A stretch of DNA of 63,933 nt, counting the filler, from Lenisia limosa (Eukaryota; Protista; Breviatea), in assembly GCA_001655205.1 (NCBI GenBank). It is 6 parts of 6 records of this genome, joined end to end, with 100 filler letters (N's around TTAATTAATTAA, not from the genome) between each part and the next. Parts side by side here need not be neighbours in the genome. Positions count along the whole stretch, not along the records: positions 12,891 to 29,123 come from LPNZ01010451.1; 5 more parts are not named here. One strand, given 5' to 3'. Numbering within the stretch: the first letter of the stretch is position 1; each line of letters opens with the position of its first letter. A program made the translations under genes and the position numbers. Positions 12,891 through 26,800 of the stretch are shown in pieces. The notes below the pieces were generated by a model. That model saw only the letters and a list, made by a program, of their open reading frames with translations, ran no database searches and had not been told where the DNA came from.

Positions 12891-13254
12891 ATAGATATTA
12901 TATACTAGATGGAGCAAAAGATGAACGACGTATCTTTGCCATCATACAATAACACTGATCATATCACATGGATATGTGACAACATTTACTTGTGGCAAAA
13001 TCCGTCCATATAAAGATATTAAATACAGAATTCTAAATAAAAAGTGAATTAGATGTGAATACTCCCCCACTTAACAAACAGACTATCATATAATTTAGAA
13101 GTATCCCTAGATTAGATAAATGCTCACATNNNNNNNNNNNNNNNNNNNNNNNNNNNNNNNNNNNNNNNNNNNNNNNNNNNNNNNNNNNNNNNNNNNNNNN
13201 NNNNNNNNNNNNNNNNNNNNNNNNNNNNNNNNNNNCATAAGAAACAACAGAATA

Positions 13255-14349
13255 ACATTGGTGTGCAGCCCCCCTCACCCCATCAATAACGTAAGACAAG
13301 GCCAGAAACAAGCCAATGAACAAAGTGGCCATTGCCAACGTCAGAATCTGCGATAGCTGAAACACCGCTCCTGAAAACGATTAGGTAAGCGAAGGAATTT
13401 CGATGAATGAGGGGGGGGGGAGTAAAATATGAAACCAACTACAAAAATCAACTCAACTGGTGAATTTGGAGAAGCCAAAGACCCCTCTATGCGCAAAACG
13501 TTAACGGGTTGAATTGGCGGAATAGGTGTAAGAGCTTCTTCACCTTAGGCATATCTCGATAAATCCTTGTTAAGCATCTTCAATAACTTTGCGGTCATTT
13601 TCCGGACCAAAATGAAAATTATACATGCCAGCACATACACATATATATATGAAGAATTTCGCCTATACCATATCGAAAAACACCGAATATCATGTAAAAC
13701 TACATATCGATATGTGTGATTTCTTACAAGAAGCCATTGCTATAATCACCTTCTTCCCTCTTCTACCCCCCAATCTGCATAAAACACCCCAAATACCTGC
13801 TAGGAAGACAACCAGGATGATCTGCGTTGCTGTGTAGTGATGGGACAAGATGCTTTGCTCCACGAAGAGGGACAGAATCTGTGATATGGTGGCAACGGAA
13901 AACGACACTGCTGCCAATGATATCCTGACATTGGACCCCTGAAGCGCCATGGCCAGCCCAGGTGTCATGCGGAAGTGCTGGCAAAGACGATACATAAGAT
14001 CGTCGTTGAAGAGCGACTCGACTCCGGCGTTGAGGAGCTTGTGGGGGTGGTTGCTAATGCCTCTCGAGGCCAGCTGACGTTCATGCGTAATTCGCTGGAA
14101 GATCAGCTTGAGCAGGAAGTAGTGGAACGTTCCGAAGAGTCTCAGGGATGCCGAGGCAAGAGTAAGATGTCCGCGGATGAACGACATTCCCATCAGGATG
14201 AAGCAAATCACGCATGCAGGTAAGGAAACAAAGGAGAAGCCGACAGAAGAGCGAAGATTGAGGAGTAAAGCGAGCAAGACTCGCGATGAGCCATTACCTC
14301 CCTCTGCTTCCCCCATTTTGAAGTTATCTCTGTCTAAAAGCTTCTGCAA
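13255..14349 (-). CDS. Hypothetical multi-pass membrane protein, multi-exon, boundaries uncertain
   Basis: Long open exon with hydrophobic stretches (RISLAAVSFSVATISQILSLFV; TATQIILVVFLA) and a further hydrophobic exon (QILTLAMATLFIGLFLALSYVIDG). Confidence 0.45.
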
Positions 14350-14745
14350 TACTCACTAAAGCCCATTACAGCAACTTAATTATAAGGCCACGAGCTGCAA
14401 AGACATCGGTCGAGGTGTCTTCCACTGCCATTAACTACACCACCACTTCAACAATAAGGTTGACAGGATAAAAAAGGCGAATTCGGGGAAAATTTTTGGT
14501 TGAAAAGCAACCTTCGGTACGGAAGTGACTTTTTTCTGACATCAAGCGAATTGTCTTCAGCTGACATTCATCTGACCCCCAATCCTCCACTAAGATATAA
14601 AAGACATTGGATTGGAGGGACACGATTTGACTGTGTTTTAAGACAAGTGGAATATAACATAGTGACACCCAAACAAGCCCGTTGGATAAGAAACTGTTGT
14701 ACATCATAAAATTAGACCAATTGAACCTTAGACTAGGACCTAAAC

Positions 14746-17700
14746 CTATTGCTGGCGCTGGCGGGGGGCAGCCTTCTGGATGTCGTCGACACGGAGGATC
14801 ATCTCAGCGGCCTCAGAAGCAGCGGAAATAATCTGAGACTTAACCTGCAGAGGTCAGTTTATAACATGAAAACAGAAGAAAGAAGATGAGAACAATATGA
14901 TTATCACAAATTAAACAAGAGACCATAGGCCTGCCTACCCTGTAGCTCTCGCAGATACCGAGCTCTCTGACGTCACCGATAGTGCCGGTTTTGATGTCGA
15001 GGCCAGCGTCCTTCACGCCGTTGCTGGAGGGTCAGAAAGCGAATCCAAGGTTCAGAATATTAAAATGAGAGTTTCAATTATGATGGAGATAGAGAAGAAT
15101 AGAAGAAAGAAACGAAATTACAAGAGGAAGGCCAAGAAGCATACGTGTGCTTGGAACGAAGCTCAGTGACAAGCTGGGCTGAATCGAGACCAGCGTTGTC
15201 CATGATGATGGTGGGGAGCTGACGAAGAGCACGGGCAAATCCTTCCATAGCAAGAGCCTGGGAGGTCATTGGTTGCCAAAGATCCCTTTCACTTCGAATT
15301 CAAAAAGCAAAAAAATACGATCTCAAGATCTCTCGTCGAACCTTCTTGCCGGCAGTCTTGGCAGCAAGTTCGTCAACAGCCACCGACATGAGCATTTCGG
15401 AGCAGCCGCCACCGAGGACTGTGCGGGTGTGCTGGGGGGTCAAAAAATGAAGGATTTAGGAAGGGGCGTGTGCTGTACTTCAATGAAATATTGGGACTAT
15501 GTGCGGTTGATCAAAACGAAAACCCAAGAGAGAAATGCAAAGAAAATAAATAATAATAAAAACCCACCAAAATCGAATAAAAAATATCACACTGCTCAAA
15601 AAAGTTTTGCAACAAAGTTTCAATTGCAAACTGGGAGCATATAACGAGCCTAGGGTATATACGATTATGTAAGAAAGAAGTGTAAAAGCGAGAAAAAGGT
15701 GTTACGGAGCCGTAGGGGGCCAACCTGGACGGTAGTGGTGAGAACGCAGAGGGCGTCATGGATGGAGCGCTCGGCCTCGTCAAGGAGATGGCGGGTGGGG
15801 CCACGGAGGACAACACTGCAAGCCTCACCACGGGCGCAGCCGGAGAACCTGTTGCGTTAATAGGGTTCACTGGTTGTGAAATACCAAAATGATGCAAGGG
15901 GTGTGAAGGCAATGAAATCATGATCAACGAGTGTGATTTGTCTTGGGGGAGGGAGGGTAAGGACAAACAAAACCCGAGAAACCCGTCTGCAAACTTGATC
16001 ATTTTCTCTTCGCCGATCATGATCTCCTCGATCAGATCGCAGGTGCCGAGCTTGACAGTCTCAGGAGCATCGAAGGTTGACACAATTTCACCACCAGTGA
16101 CGAGAGAGAGTCTGGAGGGGGGGGGGGGNNNNNNNNNNNNNNNNNNNNNNNNNNNNNNNNNNNNNNNNNNNNNNNNNNNNNNNNNNNNNNNNNNNNNNNN
16201 NNNNNNNNNNNNNNNNNNNNNNNAAGGGCTAAGGAAGTGGGAGTCTTCAGAAAAAACAGTGAGCTTACCTCTCAACACCCTCAAAGTCAGCATGCTCGAT
16301 GGCAGCAATTCCATTGTCGGCAAAGTACTGTTCAGGGTAGTTGTAGATAAGCTGTCTGCAAGTGTCAGAAGGATGTATAACGAGATGAATAAGAATCAAG
16401 AATTCTCAGTCAAGATTTCAAAAGGAGAGCACTAAAGCGAACCTGTTAACAAAGCAGTTGATTCCGTGAGCAGTGATTTTCTCGCACTTCTCCTTCATCT
16501 TCTCTTTCTCAGCGGTCTCGATCTTAGCGATCTCAGCAGCGGAGTCGACACGAACACGAGCGCCGAATATCTAAGATCGTTATATCCATCCTCTATCCAG
16601 TATTCAATCTTGAAACAAGGCTTAATAACACGCCGTCATACCTTGACCTTGTCGCTGTCCATGGGTGTGTTGGCAATGAGGATCCTGGCGTTCTCAACGC
16701 GCTTGGGCTGGCCGACACCAAACTTCTTGGGGAGGATGAAGCCGTCGTCGAGGTAGGAGTCGCGCATTGTGCCTCCAAGGCGCTTGAGAACCATGATGTG
16801 CTCAAGGTCTGTTTTGTCCTGCAATGTCAGGGACGACACCCGTGGAGGAAAAGGAGGAATGAAGAAAGAAAAAAAAGTCAAATATATTAAAAAAAGATCA
16901 CCCTCATACTCCAAGTCTCAGAACGGCATCAACACAGAGCTTAGTGAAGAGCTCCTTCTCCTGGGTGAGGATCTTTGAAGAAAGGGTGGTACGAGCCACG
17001 TTGGTGAGATCTTCCTTGAACTTGATGGGGTCTGGGAAGGGTAAGAACCGCCTTTTGTGCCTAGAAACGACTTACCATCCTTGTGATCAACAGTGGAAGC
17101 TTCAAGAGCTGCCTGGGCAACCTTAGCGGCCTCGCGGAAGCCAGCAGCAATAGTTTGAGGGTGAATCTATGATAATATGAGGACTTGTAGCATATACTTC
17201 GAAGAACAGGTAATAAAACACGGAAAAGTCCACGAACTCGCCATACACACCTTCTGTTGCACAAGCTTCTCAGCTTCACGCAAAAATTCGGCAGTCAAAA
17301 CACAAACAGAAGTGGTTCCATCACCAACTTCGTCATCTAAAGAAAAAAGAGTCAATATGAGAAAAATAAAAAAATTGTGAAATGCTTCAAATCCGTTCTT
17401 AGCCCTACCCTGAACACGAGCAATGTCAACAAGGACCTTAGCAGCAGGGTTATCGAGGAAAAGGCTCTTAAGGATAGTAGCACCATCGTTTGTGACTTGG
17501 ACATCATCAGGGTTTCCCATTGACTGTAAGATTTTGTCCTGAAGAGGGGAAGGAGAGTTAGAAGACTTAAACGATTTTCCTGATAAAACGAACCATTCCC
17601 TTGGGGCCGAGGGTGGACTTAACAAGATCACCTACAGCGATGGCACCAACGAAGGAAGACTAAAAGACAATTATTACTTCTTCAACGAATAAAATAGTTA

Positions 17701-17770
17701 CCATGCGAGCATTCTCTCCCTTCTCTTCCTGCGCATTTTGCTGGAGAATCTGAACTGGTTGCAAAGACAT
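14746..17770 (-). CDS. CCT2: T-complex protein 1 subunit beta (CCT chaperonin), multi-exon
   Basis: ATG at 17770 ([23 protein letters not shown]), [80 protein letters not shown] ending at TAG 14746. Confidence 0.97.
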
Positions 17771-18000
17771 GGTGCAGCTAATTCAAGAAAGATTTTTTGG
17801 GGTTTTTTTTTTAGCCTAAATGCAAATCCGGGTCCTGGGGAGATTACGATATTAGGTGAAACATAGCCCCTCGTTTTTGGTTTTTGGCCTCCTCTCTCAC
17901 CCTCTAATCGTCTATTGCACTGTTTTAAACTTTTTATTTTTATTTTGAAAGCTTAAGCGGGTAAAGTTTCTTAGCTTCCGAGAAACCAGTAACTGTCACC
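17771..18000. promoter_or_regulatory. Putative 230-bp bidirectional promoter between CCT2 and the RP2-like gene
   Basis: Head-to-head start codons, both in CACC-ATG context; inferred from geometry only. Confidence 0.5.
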
Positions 18001-20769
18001 ATGGGCTGTAGTGGGTCGAAAGAAAAGGAAAAGAATGAGCAGCTGCAGCAGAATGAAAACAATGACAGGCAAGGAGGATACTCATGGGAAAACAGGGAGA
18101 AGGTTGATCCTGCCGACTTCATGTTCATGAACAAGACAGACGAAACCCTTGTGAAGTACGTTAAATTGACTTGTTAGTCACCCCCTTAGGAACCCTGGTG
18201 AGATCAACGGCCAGCAGTTTTGCATTGAAGAATGCAAGGTATTGTGTCGGCTTTGATATTCGTGTAACGCGTTTAGAATTGCAACATCTTTCTCTTGGAC
18301 CACATTGATCAGGTGGGTGGGTTTCATGCTTTACTATAGTTTACTTTTATTCAACTGGCAATCACTTCTTCAACCTTCTCTCTGTTTCAGTTAATCGCTC
18401 TTTTAATGTAGAATCCTTGGGTTTATGACCCTCTTGTTGCTACTATTTATAAATAGGTCACTGTTGATGCCTGTACCGACTGCACAATTGTCATTGGCCC
18501 GGCTTCTTCTAGGTGGGGAGTATGTCTTGGTGTATCTAAATAATGCCTTGGGAAGGCTTCTTAATGGTGATTTTTAATGAGTGTGTGTAATAGGGCTAAT
18601 GTGCATGTATGTGGAGATGTAATGTATGATGTAGTAATGGATACGGCTTTACTTTTGTGAGAGAAGATTATTCACTTAAGCTCAGTATATTGTTGCTTCA
18701 CTCCTTCCAAGAAAATAACCTACTGACACCAAATCAGTGTCTTCATTCGTGAGTGTGTCGGCTGCAAAATTGTAGTTGCTTGTCAGCAGTTCCGCACCCG
18801 TGACCTCTCAAACTGTGACATTCTCCTGTACACCATGACACAGCCCATTATCGAAACCAGTACCGATCTCAGGTTGGAATGAAGAGAGTCTGCTCTTGTG
18901 TAGTATCATATGAGATTGGCTTGGCTGATCTCTCAGGTTTGGGTGTTACAACTTCCAATACGATCAACTTTCGGGGCAGTTTGCCTCCGCGGGTCTCAAG
19001 CCTTTCTGCAACAAATGGTCTAAGATTTACGACTTCAACAGTGCAGCCACTGATCACTGGACTTTCTTAGATGAGGTACGAGGGGTAATTCAGGGACAGC
19101 GCGAAAACAAACTACAATAGAAACTTTATTTTTGTGATATACAACCAGATCCTATTTCTACATATGATACTATTTCGTTTTGTGTGCATTTCAGTTGTAA
19201 AAGGTCTTTAATAGTGGTTGGTGTCCTTTTGAGAGCCTTAATCTTCAAGAATAACTTTCTTGATGACAAGAGACTGCACTAAGGAGAATCACTAAGGAGA
19301 TAACATAACATAATTAGTGGTGGCTATGTATGCTGTATCACAATGAATGGATGGCAATCATTCAGTTTTATTATAATGAGCTGGTTTTACTCTTCATGCA
19401 TTATGTAATCATGCATTATGTAATCATTCATTATGTAATCATTCAGGAGGTATCAGAGAGTCTCATTGAGAACATCCCAGAGTTATTGCGCACTTTGCCT
19501 TGTCCCGTGCCGTTTTCCTTCGGTGACCGTCCGCGACCCCAGGATGAGGTGAATTTCGGGGTGTTAGTAATGGGGATGAGTTGAATTTTGGATGTAATTT
19601 TTTAAAAATAAGAAATTCCTTGTGACTTTTCAGACCATTTTCGCCCTGTGTTTCACGGAAGAAGAAGCCAACAGCACTATTGCTATCCTGAAAGCTATGG
19701 TAGGTATTTGGAAGATGAGTTATTCGGGTGGGAACTTAAATTTGAGAATATAAATTATNNNNNNNNNNNNNNNNNNNNNNNNNNNNNNNNNNNNNNNNNN
19801 NNNNNNNNNNNNNNNNNNNNNNNNNNNNNNNNNNNNNNNNNNNNNNNNNNNNNNNNNNNNNNNNNNNNNNNNNNNNNTACCAATAAGGATTGATATTTAA
19901 TAACAGGATAAATTATAAACCTTATTCAGTGTCAGTTACAACCTTTTCAGCATTCATTTCATGATATTTGTAATATGGTGACTCACCTCCAGGATAACGT
20001 GACAATAGTCCAAACCGAGTACCGACAAATGACTGCAGAAGAGATAGGTGATCTATTTGACGGCGAGGCCGATGGCGATGCTTGGATTACTGCGGCCAAA
20101 AACAGTACCCGGGCCGTGATGAAATGGATCTTTTAGATTGTTGTGACCCTTCCCTAAATTTTATATACCTTTCTTGCCCTCCAAATGCAATCTGGCCTGA
20201 TTATTATTTGCGTCTCATATGTTTCATTTCAATAAATTTCCTTCCATCCCCCCCCCCCCAGGAAATTTAACTCATTTTACCCTGGCCTGGGNNNNNNNNN
20301 NNNNNNNNNNNNNNNNNNNNNNNNNNNNNNNNNNNNNNNNNNNNNNNNNNNNNNNNNNNNNNNNNNNNNNNNNNNNNNNNNNNNNNNNNNNNNNNNNNNC
20401 CCCTAGGCGAGGTAATCGGCATTGAAGCAAGTGGCGCAGACGGTAGCGTGCCAAAGTTCGCTGAAAGCGTTGAAGTGTTGGTGGCGTTCGCGGTCTTTTT
20501 TGCTGCATTTGATTTTGAGTTTGCAGTCTCATGTTATATTTGTATCAATGATATTATATTAGTCATATCATATGCTGAATGCTTATAAGTCATATCATGT
20601 TAAATGTTTAAAATCGGTTTACACATGTGAAACAAGACTTAGTTGCGAAGGCTTTAACATTCCATCCTCTAGGCTTGAAGGAGTCCCGCCCATCTTTGTC
20701 CCTGACACCGCAAGTGCCGCTCAAAACGCCACTGACGTGTTCTTCAAAACTGTTTCGCTTTGTTTGTAG
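18001..20769 (+). CDS. RP2: XRP2/RP2-like protein (TBCC domain plus degenerate NDK-like C-terminus; ARL3-GAP family), multi-exon
   Basis: MGCSGSK dual-acylation N-terminus; YSWENREKVDPADFMF; PGEINGQQFCIEECKNCNIFLLDH; VFIRECVGCKIVVACQQFRTRD; TQPIIETS; FCNKWSKIYDF; C-terminal GEVIGIEASG and IFVPDTASAAQNATDVFFK; stop TAG 20767-20769. Confidence 0.9.
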
Positions 20770-20882
20770 TTTCTTGTTAGAGTAGATGTTAGTTTGTTAG
20801 TTATTGAAAGGTATTGTAATTTAACCCCCCCCCCCTCGTCGTCAATTGGGTATTTTTTGGGGGTTTTGTTTCCAAAGACCAT

Positions 20883-23800
20883 TTAAGAGCGACTAAAGGC
20901 AACTTTTGTTGGAGTTTTTGAACAAGAGCTGGTCCCGCAGTCGGTTAAACTATGATCTGCACTCAAAAGATATCACTCTGTATTATACAACTCAAAAACA
21001 TTACTCATTAAATACCAAAACTACTCAATCTCCAGATTATAAGCCAGGCACCAGCCAGCGGAATGGATTGACTTACGATTCGACGCCACAAATCCGGACT
21101 CTCCGGTCCGCTCATCACGGCTACGAAGCCCGGCAAGGAAGGCTTTGTGCAAGATCTAAATGTTCAAATTCGGCCTTTTTCATTTTTGATATGAGGAGCG
21201 GGCGAGTGGATATTTAGAATCACTATGTAAAGGTGTGGAAGTTAGCAAGTAGATGAGAAAAAAAAATAAATACAAAATATCATATCTATAGTATTTCGAA
21301 AAAGAAGAAATGTGAATACCCACCATACCCACCTCTCCCCTTTGGGCCTTCGTCTCTTCGTTTCGCATGATGATTTCATCTATTGACTCTGATGAGGATC
21401 AAATATCTAGAGATGGAAAATACAACAAGGTTTTATCTGGCCGAAGCCGTCCNNNNNNNNNNNNNNNNNNNNNNNNNNNNNNNNNNNNNNNNNNNAGGAA
21501 GTGCAGTAAATTGGACGAGCACAATTATATTCACATATTTCATGAGAATGAACTCCGTTGCAAGATCAAGTTAAATTATCAACTGGGGCTGAAGGAAAGC
21601 TGGTAGTTGTGTATAATGTGAAATTATGTACTCAATGTAGTTCTTGATCTCAAAAAAATAAAGCTCTGAACCACCCAACGCCAAAGCACTGCAAACCTTG
21701 AGGGGGCTCTTCTGAAGGCATGGACTAAAAAGTGAGCAAAACGGTTTTGGTGAAGCAGCACAAAGATAGAGCCAAAACACCACAGTGATAATCTCAACTT
21801 TTGGGGTCTAAAGTGAAGCCTTACTTCAGTTAACAATATAATGTATATAGCTAGTATATATATATATATTACATACTATATGATATATATTATATCTAAT
21901 ATTCAACCAGATTTATTGGTTATCAATAGTCTATTTTGTCAGAACCGCAAACTCTTTGTGATTGTGAAAGGAGGTTGGCCATGTGCAGGGCGTTCTCAGT
22001 GGTTTGCTACAATCATCATGTACAAAAAGAGGGACAAAATTCAAAGAATTGACAAATACCGTAAAACTCCAAAACCCCCAAACATCCAATTTGTCCTCAG
22101 TTTCCACGAGGGCATCTGCTGTTTCAGTCAAAGCCAGCTCCTCGATTTTGCGGTTTTCATCGGCTCTCTCTGCCGCCTCCAGCGCCCTCTCAACCAGGGC
22201 CTCAAGACGCAAACATTCGCGCTTGAGCCTCTCCTCACGTGCCATTGCGTTGGCAAGGTCGCCTTCAAGCTGGGCGTTGGTTGTCACAAGCTCGTCTGTC
22301 ACCTTGGGTGGTTACGATGACTGAGGACGAAGACGATTCCCCTTTTCATACAGAAATGGTACTGAAACAGAGGATGTTATAGTATGTAGAATATTTACAG
22401 AGAAAAGGAAAATCTTTTTCAACAAATAAACTATAAATGAGAAATAATAAAGGGAGTGGCCAAAGCCATAAAAAATCCCAGGCCGAGCCAACCTTGCGAT
22501 GGGCGTCGTGACTGGCTTTGCCGATAGCTGCACTACGATGCATTTGCCGCAAACTCGACGACAGTTCTTCCTCTGCTTCTTCGCAGCGCTGGGAGGGTAA
22601 AGGGAAAGGGAACAGAACGGAGTGTGGCTTTCCAGCCCAAGTCCCTAGCCAGTAAATTCACACGATTTTCCTGGCAATCCCTCACGTGTTTAAGAGTGCC
22701 TTGTGCTTCATCTCCATCCAGAATTCGAGAGGCTAACTGGGCGTTTTCGGACTCAAACTGAGGGTTAAAAAAGGAACACTTTGAGCTTATTTCCAGACAC
22801 TCATTGGAAAGAGCAGGTTTTGCTTACCTTCCTATTCTGGGCAACAACCCGGTGTAACTCATCTTCGGCTTCCTTTTGTTTGCTCATGGCGGAGGAAAGC
22901 TCCTCAACAAGCTCTTGATTCTCCTGAAACAATCAAACAAACTGTGGAACAAACTTCTCATCAAATTAATGAAACATGCTACTTATACTGATGAAAATTC
23001 AAATCAAGGAAGGAATACTCTTCAGTATATTCAATAATGATGGCCTTAAGTTTCCAAAATGGCTACTAGCTCCCAAAATCCGGACCTTGGAAAGCACCGC
23101 GATTTCGTTGTTAAGAGAGTCGTTTGTGGCGTGGCATCGGGCAATTTCCTCCCTGTCGTTATTTTTTCTCATTGAGGATGAGAGGTCACTCTGGTGTTGT
23201 TAGCTAGGAAGGGACATAGAAGACGGTAAACATTGCAAAATTGTGCTTTTTAATTGTTGAAGAGTCGGATCGATATCACTCAGGAACCCCACCTCGATAT
23301 CCCCATGTATTATACTGACCGCACCTCAATATCCATGTATACCCCCCATGTACCTCAATATCGCCCTGGAGGCGTCGGAGTTCGGTTTCGGCAGCCACTC
23401 TCTTTTCCCGCTCTGTTGTGGCTGTATCAAGCATCTATCAGGTTATTGTTGATGGGAGAGAATATTGAGTACAAATAAATATTTCTTCACAAACAGGAAA
23501 AACTTTGCTATTGATGATATGTAAATATATTAATCCTTTATTGGTAAGGCTTCTTTTCCAATTTAGCTTATTCAACTCTTTTGGGTTCGTAAATGTATAA
23601 TATTCTGTGTTATTTTTGGGGTTTTGTCATCCCACAATTATCTTTCATTAAAATCAAAAATAGGTCCCACACACACTTTGATTATCTGTATCGTATAGTT
23701 TAGCCATGCTCAAGTTATTAAAAAAGGAGCAATATATACACTACAGAAAAGTTAACAACAACACCACTCACAGTCATGATTCCGCTCTGAGTTCGAGCAA

Positions 23801-26800
23801 CAAGGTGATTGGCTTCTTCCAATTGGGGACGAATCTGAGAGTGTCAACAGAGAAGAACATCCAAGACCATGTAATTACGTTATGATGATAAGATATTTGA
23901 GACGTCTAAGAATTAAAGGTGGACGGTTTTATTTAGGAACTAAAAAGACCGGGTTTATCAAACCTTGAAATATTGTTCAGGTCTTTTATAATGTTTATAT
24001 AATTATTATGATATGACATGTACTAGTATTAGTATATCATACTTAAGACATATCACTTTAATATATCATAGTATGATATACAATGATATGTTTGAATTTA
24101 CCTATGTGACACATAATAAATAATATACTCATTTCACAATATATCATATGCGTTTAACTGCAAAAAAAATATGACAATCCCCAACCGATGAAATTTCAAG
24201 TTTCAATGCTTCATTCTCTCTCATCACTTCCTGCATTTCAATATGAGGAGTTGAGACTCCACCTGAAATGTTGTTATTCAGAGTAATAATATATACAATT
24301 CTTGAGACTCCATGAATACACATTGAGATTATCAAATATCCAATGATGACATGAGGTATGCCACTCACCAGCGTTTTCAATTCTCAAATCACTTAGCAAT
24401 TTGGACCGGAGAGAGGCCTTGATGGAGTCAGGAACCTCATTTGCAAAGGAGCTTGAGAGAACCTGGTCTACAATAGCTTCATCCACGATCTAGATAGGTA
24501 AACCGGGAGGAAAGCGATTACTACCTGAACGGACAAATAATCATGGATATTAGACTTTTCATAAAGGCGGACTGACATTTCTTTTTTCGTCTGAAGTCTT
24601 CTCTGGTGCAGGCTCCTCAGTAAGAACTTCGTTCAAAATGTCATCCATGGCTGCGGCAGAGGGGGAGGCTTTGTTTTGCATTTGAGACAGAATGTTGTTC
24701 TTGAGGTGCTTGATCTCGTCTTCCTTGTTCTCGAGATGATCACTAAGCAACTAAAAAAACAGTCAAAGCTTGCCAAGTTCAACTAGTGGCTAAAGATCAA
24801 AAGCAAATATCCTTGATGATCATAACATTATTAGTAAAAACAAGGCTGTTTCAGGATGAAAACAAAGGTCGCAGTAAATCAACACACCGAAATTGAGTCG
24901 GACAGTCTTTCGTTTTCAGCCTTGATCGCATGAAGAAGGTCAGAGCCGGAATGGAGGGCTACTGAGGCTGACTTCAACTCGGTGTTCAGTGTTGAAACCT
25001 GTTATGCGTTTAGGATTATTATAAACCAGAACTGGGAAAAACAAAATGAAATTCTCAATATTTTAGGGTTAATTATCGCAAAGAGTGGGGCGAAAGAGTA
25101 AAAAACCTGTGTTTTGTGTATGAATTAAAATAGAACATAAATCCCAGTTAATATTGAGAGTTGTTACAAGCTCATCAAACCTGCTTCATTAAGAGCTCCT
25201 TGTCATTCAAGGCAACTGATAGCATGGTCGCAAGTTCGTTTCTTTGATCAATCACTTGTTCTGGCTTGAGAGAATTTTCATCTTCGTCATCCTCGGTGAC
25301 TGCTCCCTCAGTTCGAGGGCTGGATATTGTTTCGGTTTCGGCTGGTGTTGCAGCCACCACCACTGCGACTGCTAGCTTGTCTTCAACCTCTTTAACCTTC
25401 TTCTTCTCATCTTCAAGGAGTTGTTTCATATCTTCCTTCTCACTTTCAAAGCGTTGTTTCATCTGTTTCCTCTCTTCTTCAGTCTTTTGCAGCGATTCTC
25501 TGAGTTGAGCCTTCTCTTTCTCAAATTCCTCTCTCATCATCTCCTTCTCGCTTTCCATCTTTTCCACCTCTTTCCTAGCATCCTCAACTTCTTCCTTCAT
25601 AATCTTTTTTTCTTCATTAAACCCGGTTATTAATGAGGCCTTTTCTTCTTCAATACTGTTCTTTAAGTCCTTATTTTGAGCCTTTTCGGTTTTTAATTCA
25701 GAGAGCAATTCCTTTTTCTCTTCATCAGCCTGAGATTTCATCTTTTCAACTTCTTGACTCTTTTCCAATTGCATTGATTCCTTTTCTTCATCAACGCTCT
25801 TCTTCATTTGCTTCTTGTCCTCTTCATACTGATCTGTGATCTTTTGGTTCTCATCCTTCTCAGCCTCTATCATCTTGTTCAACTCCATGACCTCTTGTTC
25901 GGCATCCTTCTTCACCTTGAGCTTCTCTTCTTCCAGTTCCTTCATCATCATCTCCTTCTCTGTCTCGAAATTCGTTTCAAGTGTTTCTTTTGTGGCCTTA
26001 GTCAGGACAAGCTCTTCGCTTAACTTGCGGTTTTCCTCTTCAAGAACAGAACTGTCACCTGCTTGTTCTAGCTCCTGAATCTTCTCTTTACAGGAGTCAA
26101 TAAGGGCCTCACTGCTCGTTAACCGGTCTTCGAGAACTTGTTTCTCCTCTTCCGAAGCTTTCAACTTGTTTTTGGTCTTTTGAATGATCTCCAGTTTACT
26201 ATCAACTTGACATTGCTTCTCGAACATGTCCTTCGAGTGGGCCACTTTGCTGTTTTCGACAGAGGCGTTGAGGGCATCAAGTTCAGAGGTAAGGCGCTGT
26301 ACTTCTCCCTGGGTGTTTGACAGTGCTTTTTCAAGCCTGTCGTTGTCGGCCTCAAGCTAGGTTATGAGAGTATTATAAAAATAGTAATGGCAACAAAGGT
26401 TTATGAAGAAATACAAAATAGTTGTTATTAAATTAATAAGAAAAAAAAAAGATTTTATCTTAACCAAGTCCACTACGTCTCTCAAAAATAATTGAAGAGA
26501 GCATAATAGGTGAACACAATATGTTTGGTAAGAGACTTAAAGGAGAGAAAGTATTTTCATAATCATTTTCTTTCATGCGCACTGTGTACAAAGGGTTTAG
26601 AAACACTATGTACAAAGGTTTAGAAACACTGTGTAGAAAGGCTTAGAAAGACGAAAACGAAATGATGGATTCACAAACCCACATTTTCTTTACTTTGCGA
26701 ATCAGCAATTTCAGCCTTCAGAGCTTCGTAGTTGCTCTGAATTTCTGTTACCATTTCTTTGCAATCTTCCTTCTCAGTTTCGCTAATATTGAGCTGAAAA

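Noticed and set aside
19396-19446. 15-bp triplication before an RP2 acceptor (also short tandem repeats at 26581-26650 and 45331-45395)
   Set aside because: Ordinary intronic or intergenic slippage repeats without further structure.
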